A stretch of DNA of 64,000 nt from a virus. Positions 8,708 to 15,433 of the stretch are shown one piece after another. Positions within the stretch are counted from its first letter, which is position 1; each line of letters starts with the position of its first letter. The stretch lies in the IMG/VR virus record IMGVR_UViG_3300045049_000339, positions 43,717 through 107,716 of that record. One strand, written 5' to 3'. The position numbers and the translations under genes were made by a program. A model generated the notes under the pieces. The model worked only from the letters and a program-made list of their open reading frames with translations. It ran no database searches and was not told where the DNA came from.

Positions 8708-9010
8708 ATGTCGAAGATCACCAACGGCGACGTTGGCAAAGAGGCTGCCGTGCGGGGTATCAGCCTCGAAGGGCACCGGTTCGAGGGTTACGGCGAAGTC
8801 CAGGGCGTGCGCAGCGACATGTTCGGTGACATCGTCGAGGTCAAGGTCAACGGTCAGGTCCAGCACTTCCGGCAGAACAACGTCGCCAGAGTCCGTGAGG
8901 ACTCCGCCCCGAGCGGCGTGACCGGCGGCCAGCCCGGCGGGTGTGCGGTCATCCCGATGCTGCTGGTTGCTGCCGGTGCGGTCGGCGCCAAGTACGGCGT
9001 CGGTACGTAG
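8708..9010 (+). CDS. Hypothetical protein with hydrophobic C-terminus
   Basis: RBS AAGGA; 100 aa; GC3 bias. Confidence 0.7.
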   Translation: MSKITNGDVGKEAAVRGISLEGHRFEGYGEVQGVRSDMFGDIVEVKVNGQVQHFRQNNVARVREDSAPSGVTGGQPGGCAVIPMLLVAAGAVGAKYGVGT

Positions 9011-9060
9011 CTCAACTTGCTGGGCTACTCCGCTTCGGTGGAGTAGCCTGGCATCTCCGA

Positions 9061-9138
9061 GGCACGGGCGCTGAGACGCAAGGCGGTCTGTAAAATCGCC
9101 GTCGAAAGACTAGCTGGGTTTGATTCCCTGACGTGCCA
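9061..9138 (+). tRNA. tRNA-Tyr(GTA), non-canonical (reduced D arm, TTTGATT T loop)
   Basis: GGCACG/CGTGCC+A acceptor; GCGGT-CTGTAAA-ATCGC anticodon arm; GTC-GAAA-GAC variable arm. Confidence 0.65.
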
Positions 9139-9143
9139 CGAGT

Positions 9144-9216
9144 GGTCAGGTACACAGGCACTACTAAGAGGCGTGTCGCTGTCTGTTTCGGAACGGCATT
9201 GATCGCCTGACCACCA
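9144..9216 (+). ncRNA. tRNA-sized RNA ending in ACCA, lacking a T arm
   Basis: GGTCAGGT/GCCTGACC stem followed by ACCA; 73 nt. Confidence 0.4.
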
Positions 9217-9240
9217 TTGACAACTCCATACCCCTCGACC

Positions 9241-9324
9241 CCCGTTCTCCCACCGTCGTGCAGGAATCGCTCCCCCCACGACGGGACGCAACGGCCGCCG
9301 CACCGGCCGAAGGTAGAGAACGGG
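9241..9324 (+). ncRNA. Three-way-junction structured RNA
   Basis: CCCGTTCTC/GAGAACGGG closing helix; CCGTCGTG/CACGACGG (C-rich loop) and CGGCCG/CGGCCG hairpins. Confidence 0.4.
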
Positions 9325-9327
9325 CAC

Positions 9328-9423
9328 GGTTCCACCCTTGCTCCTGCGCGGTCCTCGCAGCGCGCAGTGACTTGAGGGAGTCTCCAGGTGACCTAGCACC
9401 GGGATGTAGCAAGGGTGGAACCA
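9328..9423 (+). ncRNA. Cloverleaf-topology RNA with 15-bp closing stem
   Basis: GGTTCCACCCTTGCT/AGCAAGGGTGGAACC plus three internal hairpins. Confidence 0.5.
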
Positions 9424-9424
9424 C

Positions 9425-9497
9425 GGATCTGTAGCTCAGTTGGTAGAGCAGCCGACTTTTAATCGGCGGGTCGCCGGTTCAAGCCCGGCCGGGTCCA
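9425..9497 (+). tRNA. tRNA-Lys(TTT)
   Basis: Canonical cloverleaf, GCCGA-CTTTTAA-TCGGC anticodon arm. Confidence 0.93.
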
Positions 9498-9590
9498 CGC
9501 GCCGGTGCCTCTGGCACCAGGAAGAGCGGTTGCCCACCGTGCGCAAAGGGTAGCTCCTTCACCGTCCCCCATGCCGGTGGAGGAGCACAA

Positions 9591-9663
9591 GGGGCCTTAG
9601 CTCAGACGGAAGAGCGTGCGCCTGAAAAGCGCGAGGTCGTTGGTTCGACTCCAACAGGTCCCA
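9591..9663 (+). tRNA. tRNA-Phe(GAA)
   Basis: GGGGCCT/AGGTCCC acceptor; TGCGC-CTGAAAA-GCGCG anticodon arm. Confidence 0.92.
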
Positions 9664-9737
9664 CGGTGTTCCCGGTCGTTCCCAAGGCCGCCGGGAACCC
9701 CTGCCTTCGACGGAACTCCAGGACCGGAGAAGGTGGA

Positions 9738-9811
9738 CGGCGCGTAGCTCAGCCTGGTAGAGCACTGGTCTGATAAACCAGCGGTCGATGGTTCAAATCC
9801 ATCCGCGTCGA
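9738..9811 (+). tRNA. tRNA-Ile(GAT)
   Basis: CGGCGCG/CGCGTCG acceptor; CTGGT-CTGATAA-ACCAG anticodon arm. Confidence 0.9.
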
Positions 9812-9812
9812 C

Positions 9813-9841
9813 TAGACAGACACTCCCAAGTCTGCTACAGT
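9813..9841 (+). promoter_or_regulatory. sigma70-type promoter with extended -10
   Basis: TAGACA-N17-TACAGT with TG upstream of -10; precedes the ORF at 9868. Confidence 0.6.
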
Positions 9842-9867
9842 AAGTAGCAGTTGAGGAAAGAGGAAGC

Positions 9868-10620
9868 ATGAAGCTCCACCAGCTCATTGCGAAGCAGGGC
9901 AAGGTCGCCGCACGCGTGACCAACGCCGCCAGCGTCATCCACAAGGCGTCGCAGAAGCCCGCTCTGTTCACGGGCGTCAGCATCACCTACGAGCCGCTGG
10001 CCACCAACGAGAACGACGTCTCCGCGCAGAAGCCGCCGGAGGGCAACTCCGTCCAGCTCTACGCGACCAAGGAGCTGGGCAAGCTCCGCGAGCTGCTCAC
10101 CGAGTTGTACGACGTCAACGCGACGCGCGACTGGTCGAACATGGTCGCCCGTGGCACCGTCAAGGTCGGTGACAAGGTCATCCTCTCGGACGTGCCGGTC
10201 CCGTTCCTGCTGTTCCTCAAGCTGGAGCTGAACCGCCTCCGCACCGAGTTCTCCGCCATCCCGGTCCTGGACCCCTCCAAGGACTGGAAGGTGGACACGG
10301 AGAACGGCGGCTACAAGACCGAGACCACCTGGCAGCACAGCACCCGGCGCGTCAAGAAGGTGCTGGAGCGCTCCCCGGCCACGGACAAGCACCAGGCCGT
10401 GACGGAGGTCTACGAGGAGGAAGTGCCGGTCGCGAGGAAGGAGACCACCAACTTCTCCGGCGCCCTGAGCCGCGTGGACCGCGATGCCCTGATCCGCCAG
10501 GTCGACCTGCTCTTCGACGCCGTCACCGAGGCGGTCGAGGAGGCCAACACGGTCGAGGTCGTGGACATGTCCGTCGGCAAGCCCATCTTCGACTTCCTTC
10601 TGGCCCCGCTGACCCGCTAG
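9868..10620 (+). CDS. Hypothetical protein (helical with long beta-hairpin), linked to a downstream structured RNA
   Basis: 250 aa; very strong codon bias; RBS GAGG; function not recognisable. Confidence 0.9.
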   Translation: MKLHQLIAKQGKVAARVTNAASVIHKASQKPALFTGVSITYEPLATNENDVSAQKPPEGNSVQLYATKELGKLRELLTELYDVNATRDWSNMVARGTVKVGDKVILSDVPVPFLLFLKLELNRLRTEFSAIPVLDPSKDWKVDTENGGYKTETTWQHSTRRVKKVLERSPATDKHQAVTEVYEEEVPVARKETTNFSGALSRVDRDALIRQVDLLFDAVTEAVEEANTVEVVDMSVGKPIFDFLLAPLTR

Positions 10621-10633
10621 GGTCTCAAGAACT

Positions 10634-10720
10634 GGTGCTCCGGGTGCACGGGTCCTAGTAAGACGGATCGGCCCTTGTTTGTCCAGCGGTGGGGTTCACT
10701 GACCGCCTGGAGCACCTCCA
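10634..10720 (+). ncRNA. Structured RNA with 11-bp terminal stem and TCCA end
   Basis: GGTGCTCCGGG/CCTGGAGCACC followed by TCCA. Confidence 0.45.
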
Positions 10721-10767
10721 CAGACTCCCGGTTGAGCGACCGGGTCTGCACCCGCAGGGTGCGGAAA

Positions 10768-10840
10768 GCTAACAACTGAATATCAACATCAGCCGCCGTC
10801 GCAACGGTGGCATCAAGCTGAAGCTCTCGCTCAAGCTGAA
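10768..10840 (+). repeat. Phased hexamer repeat tract (NNT[C/G]AA) interrupted by an 18-nt hairpin
   Basis: ACTGAA TATCAA CATCAG [CCGCCGTCGCAACGGTGG] CATCAA GCTGAA GCTCTC GCTCAA GCTGAA. Confidence 0.7.
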
Positions 10841-10842
10841 GC

Positions 10843-10989
10843 GTCTCGGCAAGGCGTTGATCGAAGTGCGCTGTCCCATCAGGAGACGTCGGTTCGAATC
10901 CGACTCAGGGGACTACGATCCCTGGTGGTGTAGTGGAAGCATTGCCTGGTTTCTCAAATCAAGGCAGCGCCCACCGTGCAACGTCAGAC
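10843..10989 (+). ncRNA. Rod-shaped RNA capped by a circularly permuted tRNA-like domain
   Basis: T arm 10888-10904, loop-closed acceptor 10905-10925, D arm 10928-10942; nested helices ATCAGG/CCTGGT, GCGCTGTC/GGCAGCGC, GGCGTTG/CAACGTC, GTCT/AGAC. Confidence 0.8.
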
Positions 10990-11000
10990 CGCAGAATGAC

Positions 11001-11074
11001 ATTGGAATAGCGCAGCTTGGCAGCGCGTCAGTCTCTGGTACTGAAGATCGTCGGTTCAAATCCGACTTCCAAAA
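11001..11074 (+). tRNA. tRNA-Gln(CTG)
   Basis: TCAGT-CTCTGGT-ACTGA anticodon arm; TTGGAA/TTCCAA acceptor with 1:72 mismatch. Confidence 0.82.
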
Positions 11075-11118
11075 ACATTCTATGGGTGGTCCCCGGAGGT
11101 TACCGGGGGCCACCTCCC

Positions 11119-11192
11119 GGTTGCGTAGCTCAGATGGATAGAGCGCCCGCCTTCTAAGCGGGAGGTCGCAGGTTCAAGTCCTGCCGCTTCCA
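11119..11192 (+). tRNA. tRNA-Arg(TCT)
   Basis: CCCGC-CTTCTAA-GCGGG anticodon arm; D loop with GGATA (A20); two U:U pairs in acceptor. Confidence 0.88.
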
Positions 11193-11219
11193 CGCAAGAC
11201 ATCCTACTAGGAGAAGATC

Positions 11220-11321
11220 ATGTTGAAGAAGTTCATCGTCGCCCTGCGTACCGTTTGTGGGTACTGTGGCTACAACACCAGCTCCTCGACCTGCCCGAAC
11301 TGCGGCAACCCGGTCGGCTGA
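11220..11321 (+). CDS. 33-aa zinc-ribbon peptide (absent from ORF track)
   Basis: AGGAG RBS; MLKKFIVALRTVCGYCGYNTSSSTCPNCGNPVG; two CxxC. Confidence 0.7.
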   Translation: MLKKFIVALRTVCGYCGYNTSSSTCPNCGNPVG

Positions 11322-11336
11322 TCACAGATGAACACC

Positions 11337-11468
11337 GCTGGTATAGCCTACGCGAAGATCGTTCTGTACAGGGCGGATGGAGGCGGAAACGGAGACGTCG
11401 TCGTCTGGTGTATCAAACACAGCGGGCCGAAAACTCAGTGCGGCTGCCCGTGATAGGCTGAAGCCGGT
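11337..11468 (+). ncRNA. Putative structured RNA preceding a terminator
   Basis: GCTGGT/GCCGGT, TAGCCTA/TAGGCTG and CGCG/CGTG closing helices; no credible ORF. Confidence 0.4.
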
Positions 11469-11488
11469 TCTTACACCGTGCAGGGCAT

Positions 11489-11528
11489 CACGAAGACCCC
11501 GTCAGCATTGCTGACGGGGTTTTTCGTG
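11489..11528 (+). terminator. Rho-independent terminator
   Basis: GACCCCGTCAGC-ATT-GCTGACGGGGT followed by a T run. Confidence 0.85.
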
Positions 11529-11540
11529 CTAGTATTCAGT

Positions 11541-11876
11541 ATGAGTACGAACGAGGAACTTGAGCGGGACGTGGCATGGCTGGAGACCTGGGTCGAGCAG
11601 CACCCGGAGACCCGCGCGGCCAAGCGCATCGAGGCCGTCCTGACCGCCATCAAGGCCGCCACGGACGACGCTCTGCCGGTCGAGGAGGGCGTCCCGGTCA
11701 AGGACACCGCCGCGAAGTACAAGCACCTCGCAGACCTCGTCCAGAGCTGGATTCCGGCCGGGTCCATCTGGGAGAAGCAGCACAACACCGAAGAGCTGGT
11801 TGCCAATTACATCTGGCACCTGTACCACAGTCACACCCTCGGATGCCCGGAGTGTTTTGGTGGACGAACCAACTGA
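11541..11876 (+). CDS. Hypothetical protein (possibly leaderless)
   Basis: ATG at 11541 just after TGC-TAGTAT; GC3 bias; C-terminal H..H...CPEC. Confidence 0.7.
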   Translation: MSTNEELERDVAWLETWVEQHPETRAAKRIEAVLTAIKAATDDALPVEEGVPVKDTAAKYKHLADLVQSWIPAGSIWEKQHNTEELVANYIWHLYHSHTLGCPECFGGRTN

Positions 11877-12258
11877 CGCCTACGCCTTCGATGAGCTGGA
11901 CGCCTACAAGCTCCGCGTCAAACAGCTCAAGGGTTCTCTGTCGCGCTGGCTGCTGCGTTCCATCACCTTCCGCCTGCGGCCGGTCTTCCCGACGGCCACG
12001 CGCGTTCACGTGGTGCTCTACCCGGACAACGTCTACCGCATCTGGGCCGTGAGCGAGGGCAAGCGATGGCTGGCCGTCTGCGAGAAGGACGTCGCGCCGA
12101 CGTGGACGTCCATCAATCTGGACAATGACGTGAACCTGTTGATCCATCTGGGATGGAGCCCCAGGATCAATACCTACACACGCGAAGACGGAATCGAGGT
12201 GCATTCCGTGCAGCTCGAAGCCGCAGCCACCAGGAGAAAGAGGCAGAACAATGGATGA
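11860..12258 (+). CDS. Hypothetical protein
   Basis: GTG at 11860 after GGAG; overlaps neighbours. Confidence 0.6.
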   Translation: MDEPTDAYAFDELDAYKLRVKQLKGSLSRWLLRSITFRLRPVFPTATRVHVVLYPDNVYRIWAVSEGKRWLAVCEKDVAPTWTSINLDNDVNLLIHLGWSPRINTYTREDGIEVHSVQLEAAATRRKRQNNG

Positions 12259-12478
12259 CCTCAAGCCGGTCACCTGGATGAAGTTGAAGCACCGTCAGCT
12301 CAAGACGGTCGGCCGCAACAAGACGAATGGCGGTTCGTCCACCAAGCGCGTGAAGCGTTCCGCCAGCATCAAGCACGAGCAGCCGGTCACCGGCATGGAG
12401 CGTGTGATGGTGCTCGACTTCAAGGACGGCCGCAAGGGCAAGATTTCCTGGCAGGTTCGGGAGAAAAGCGGTAAGTAA
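12251..12478 (+). CDS. Small basic hypothetical protein
   Basis: 75 aa; RBS GAGG; GC3 bias. Confidence 0.65.
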   Translation: MDDLKPVTWMKLKHRQLKTVGRNKTNGGSSTKRVKRSASIKHEQPVTGMERVMVLDFKDGRKGKISWQVREKSGK

Positions 12479-12530
12479 ACGAAGTGCTTGACGCTTCACT
12501 TTTCCGACCCATTACATCTATATTGGGTTC

Positions 12531-13196
12531 GTGAACGATCGACCAGACCCAGGCGGGGTCCGGGCCAACCTGTTCCAGGCAACCCGGACCTCGTGGCGTT
12601 TGTCCGAGCATCTCGAATCCCTTATTACTGAGCGTGTTTCACCTCCCCCCGGCCCCAGCGGTGGTCACCGCAAGCCGGGCTCCAAGGCACCCTGGAATTC
12701 AGCCGCCGCAGAACTCGTCTTCGATCTCCGCTTCCTGGCACGGCAACTCGAAGAAGACCTGCGTGTACGTGTGACTGGCGGCCACATTCAGCGCGGCATT
12801 AGTGACCGCAATACCCAGCTCTCGTTGTGGGCGCTGGCCGACCTCGCCGTCATGGCGGCCGATTCCGACGTGGCCGTCACCCTCGTGCGCCTCGGTGGCT
12901 GGCTGGAGCGTGCACGCCCCGTCGTCGGCGAGACCGAGCCCCTGCGCCGCGTGCCACGCGTGCAGGGCTACGTGGAGCCTCGCTGCCCGTGGTGCGGCTA
13001 CTGCACTCTGCGCTGCAAGCTCAACGCTGGAATCCTCTTCTGTATCAACCCTTCGTGCACCGACCACGAAGGCAGGCGCCCCCTCGGTGTCATCGAGGTG
13101 GACATGGCTCTCCGTGACGTCGTACTCCGCTGGCAGGACGACACCTACGGAATCCCTCAGCACACGATTGAAGCCGTCTATGCGGGGGCAGCATGA
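12531..13196 (+). CDS. Putative transcriptional regulator with C-terminal zinc ribbon
   Basis: CPWCGYCTLRC...CINPSC; coupled to a downstream HTH-like gene. Confidence 0.6.
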   Translation: MNDRPDPGGVRANLFQATRTSWRLSEHLESLITERVSPPPGPSGGHRKPGSKAPWNSAAAELVFDLRFLARQLEEDLRVRVTGGHIQRGISDRNTQLSLWALADLAVMAADSDVAVTLVRLGGWLERARPVVGETEPLRRVPRVQGYVEPRCPWCGYCTLRCKLNAGILFCINPSCTDHEGRRPLGVIEVDMALRDVVLRWQDDTYGIPQHTIEAVYAGAA

Positions 13197-13465
13197 GCCG
13201 TGGATGGACCTCGAAGGAACTGAAAGCCGTCGGTGACGACGACACGCTCTGGACAGCGGCGGAAGCCGCCGTGCTGCTGGGGCCACCGGACCTGAATGTC
13301 GCAGAGGTCCGGCGCCTTGTCAGCCTGTTCGGCATCGACCCGGTCGGCAAGCGCCGCACCGCCGGTCAGGGACAGCCCGGACGGGCCGCCCGCGTGTACC
13401 GCGCCTCTGATTTGATTGAGGCGTACGACAAACTCAGCAAGGGCGTAGGGAAGGGCAACCAGTGA
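13193..13465 (+). CDS. Small HTH/MerR-like DNA-binding protein
   Basis: WTAAEAAVLL...VRRLV...ARVYRASDLIEAY. Confidence 0.6.
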   Translation: MSRGWTSKELKAVGDDDTLWTAAEAAVLLGPPDLNVAEVRRLVSLFGIDPVGKRRTAGQGQPGRAARVYRASDLIEAYDKLSKGVGKGNQ

Positions 13466-13815
13466 AACCGACCATTGGCCGGGTCGTGCACTACCGCAGT
13501 CACGGCAGTGCGGACGGCACGTACAAGCCGGAGTGCCGCGCGGCCATCATCACGGCCGTCAAGGGCCACCACGAAGAGCACGACCGCCGCATCTGGGTCG
13601 TCGACCTCACCGTGTTCAACCCCGAGGGGTTCTTCCTCAAGGACAACGCGCGCCAGGACGAGGGGCACGAGACGCCGGGAGATCCGGACTGCGAGTACGA
13701 CGGGCGCCACGACGAGCAGCCGTTCCGGTACTGCGCCTGCGGCTGGCGTGAGGCCGCCATGCACGGAGGGACTTGGCACTGGGTTGAACGCGAACCCGAA
13801 ACCGGAGACGAGTAG
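13462..13815 (+). CDS. Phage hypothetical protein
   Basis: MKPTIGRVVHY...CRAAIITAV...VDLTVFNPEG...GTWHW; translationally coupled. Confidence 0.75.
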   Translation: MKPTIGRVVHYRSHGSADGTYKPECRAAIITAVKGHHEEHDRRIWVVDLTVFNPEGFFLKDNARQDEGHETPGDPDCEYDGRHDEQPFRYCACGWREAAMHGGTWHWVEREPETGDE

Positions 13816-14267
13816 TGCTAACCCTAGTCCTTTCAGACTGGAGTAGTCGCCCTTGTAGTACGGCTCCAAGTGCCACACCAAGGCGGCCTCGCGGGCGCGT
13901 CAAGATCAAAGGCAAGGAGATGACCGCAGCACGTGCAGCCTGGGTCAGCAAGATTGGACCTGTGCCGCCAGGGCTGTGTGTATGTCATCGGTGCGACAAT
14001 CCGTCGTGTTGGGAGATCACGCATCTCTTCCTTGGTACAAATGCGGAGAACCTCGCCGATATGGCGCAAAAAGGCCGTAGTACCTGGGGCGTGAAAAACA
14101 ACACCACAAAACTCACGCCACGGCAGGTCAACGAGATCCGCGCTGCGCTGCGTAGTGGGGTCGCTCAGCGAGACCTTGCCACTGTTTACGGTGTTTGCAA
14201 GTCGACCATCGGCTACATCGGTCGCGGTGAGACGTGGCAGAAGCTACCCGAGGATGAGGAGCCATGA
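13815..14267 (+). CDS. HNH endonuclease with C-terminal HTH
   Basis: VCHRCDNPSCWEITHLFLGTNAENLADMAQKGR; KLTPRQVNEIR...QRDLATVYGV. Confidence 0.85.
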   Translation: MLTLVLSDWSSRPCSTAPSATPRRPRGRVKIKGKEMTAARAAWVSKIGPVPPGLCVCHRCDNPSCWEITHLFLGTNAENLADMAQKGRSTWGVKNNTTKLTPRQVNEIRAALRSGVAQRDLATVYGVCKSTIGYIGRGETWQKLPEDEEP

Positions 14268-14485
14268 GTTCCAAGGCCGCCCCGCACGACCTCGCCGACC
14301 GGCCGTTCCTCGGAACGCCCCGTGTACCGCCGTTCGTCATGCTGTGTCACGTCTCGGCCAGCACGTGCGGCCGGTACTGGCTGGCCAACACGGTCGAACA
14401 GTACAACGTGTACCTTGCGGAGAGGGACGCTCACCACGTCCTCTGCTCCGTTGCACGCAAGCCCGATCTGATCCTGCCTTCCTAG
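14264..14485 (+). CDS. Hypothetical protein
   Basis: GAGGAG RBS; 73 aa. Confidence 0.6.
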   Translation: MSSKAAPHDLADRPFLGTPRVPPFVMLCHVSASTCGRYWLANTVEQYNVYLAERDAHHVLCSVARKPDLILPS

Positions 14486-14493
14486 GGGAGACC

Positions 14494-14916
14494 ATGAGCA
14501 TTGCCAAGGCCATATCCGCTTTCCTGCACCGAGCCAAGGACGACGCGGCAGCCACCGAGGCTGAGCTGAAGAACGTCCTGAAGGCGATCGAGCCCGAGGT
14601 CACCGCGCTCAAGAACGCCGTGGTCGACGAGATCAAGGATGAGCTGCCCGCCGTCGTCAAGGACGTCGAGGACGCCGTCAAGGGTGTCATCGCCTCGCAC
14701 AGCCCGGCCTTCACCGAGGCGTTGACCACCCTGCACGCCCGGTTCGACGCCCTCGACGCCAAGCTCGCCGACCTCAAGGCGGCCAACGCCGCCGCGACCG
14801 CTGCGGCGACTCCTCCGTACGCGGCCAAGCGTGCGGCGAAGAAGACGACGGCTGCCCCGGCGGCCACGAACGCGCAGGTCAGCACGGATGCTCCGGCCAC
14901 GGAGAAGTCCTCGTAG
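14494..14916 (+). CDS. Ala/Lys-rich helical hypothetical protein
   Basis: ATG at 14494 after GGGGAG; GC3 bias. Confidence 0.75.
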   Translation: MSIAKAISAFLHRAKDDAAATEAELKNVLKAIEPEVTALKNAVVDEIKDELPAVVKDVEDAVKGVIASHSPAFTEALTTLHARFDALDAKLADLKAANAAATAAATPPYAAKRAAKKTTAAPAATNAQVSTDAPATEKSS

Positions 14917-14923
14917 TAATTGC

Positions 14924-14952
14924 TTGCGCACCGCCGTCGGTGCGCGTAGTGT
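14924..14952 (+). promoter_or_regulatory. Promoter of Y RNA array / TROVE operon
   Basis: TTGCGC-N17-TAGTGT immediately before unit 1. Confidence 0.55.
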
Positions 14953-14954
14953 TC

Positions 14955-15116
14955 TGGGTGTCGGAGGAACCGGGGTAAGGAACACGGTTACTTCATTTGA
15001 CTGGATATCAAAAGGTTGTGGGTTCGAGTCCCACCGGCTCCACTTGTGGGGCTGTAGCTCAATCGGTAGAGAAAACGTGCCCGAGTTCACTTTGATATCG
15101 GTTCCCTCGACACCCA
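14955..15116 (+). ncRNA. YrlA-like Y RNA unit 1 with permuted tRNA domain (anticodon-like loop CT-GGA-TA)
   Basis: Outer stem TGGGTGTCGG..GGAACCG/CGGTTCC..TCGACACCCA; GGGTA, CGGTTACTTC and GATAT motifs; arm order anticodon, T, closed acceptor, D. Confidence 0.85.
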
Positions 15117-15123
15117 CAGACTT

Positions 15124-15279
15124 CCTGTCAGGGGTACAGGCAACGGCTACTTCGCTTCGAAATGCGGGTATCTGTGCAAACAGAGTGCGGGTTCGAATCC
15201 CGTCCGGCTCTTCGCTGAGTCGGTAGACGAATTGGCAAAGTCACCTACGTATCCGATGCCGACTTAGACATCTGACAGG
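15124..15279 (+). ncRNA. YrlA-like Y RNA unit 2 with permuted class II tRNA domain (CGA loop, long variable arm)
   Basis: CCTGTCAG/CTGACAGG outer stem; TCTGT-GCAA-ACAGA variable arm; GCGGG-TTCGAAT-CCCGT; CCGGCTC/GAGTCGG; GAC-GAATTGGCAAA-GTC. Confidence 0.85.
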
Positions 15280-15291
15280 GCTAACTTCATA

Positions 15292-15433
15292 TCTGTCCGG
15301 GGTACAGGCTGCGGTTACTTCACCTGTTAAGTGAGAGGTCGCAGGTTCGAATCCTGTCGTGGGGTGATAAGCCCCATGTAGCTCAGTTTGGGAGAGCGCT
15401 AACGTTCCCGCTGCCGCTTCGATATCGGACAGA
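15292..15433 (+). ncRNA. YrlA-like Y RNA unit 3 with permuted tRNA-Asn-like domain (CT-GTT-AA)
   Basis: TCTGTCCG/CGGACAGA outer stem; TTCAC-CTGTTAA-GTGAG; AGGTC; GCAGG-TTCGAAT-CCTGT; CGTGGGG/CCCCATG; GCTC-AGTTTGGGA-GAGC. Confidence 0.88.

Noticed and set aside
9001-9054. CGGTACGTAGCTCAAC resembling a tRNA 5' end
   Set aside because: It overlaps the stop of the 8708 gene and runs into a simple hairpin; no anticodon or T arm follows
10634-10720. tRNA-Sec
   Set aside because: No TCA anticodon arm in the correct position and no T-loop consensus
10857-11141. 94-aa ORF from the track as a conventional gene
   Set aside because: No RBS; it runs through the permuted tRNA domain and tRNA-Gln. Only the upstream start-less portion is kept as a hypothesis
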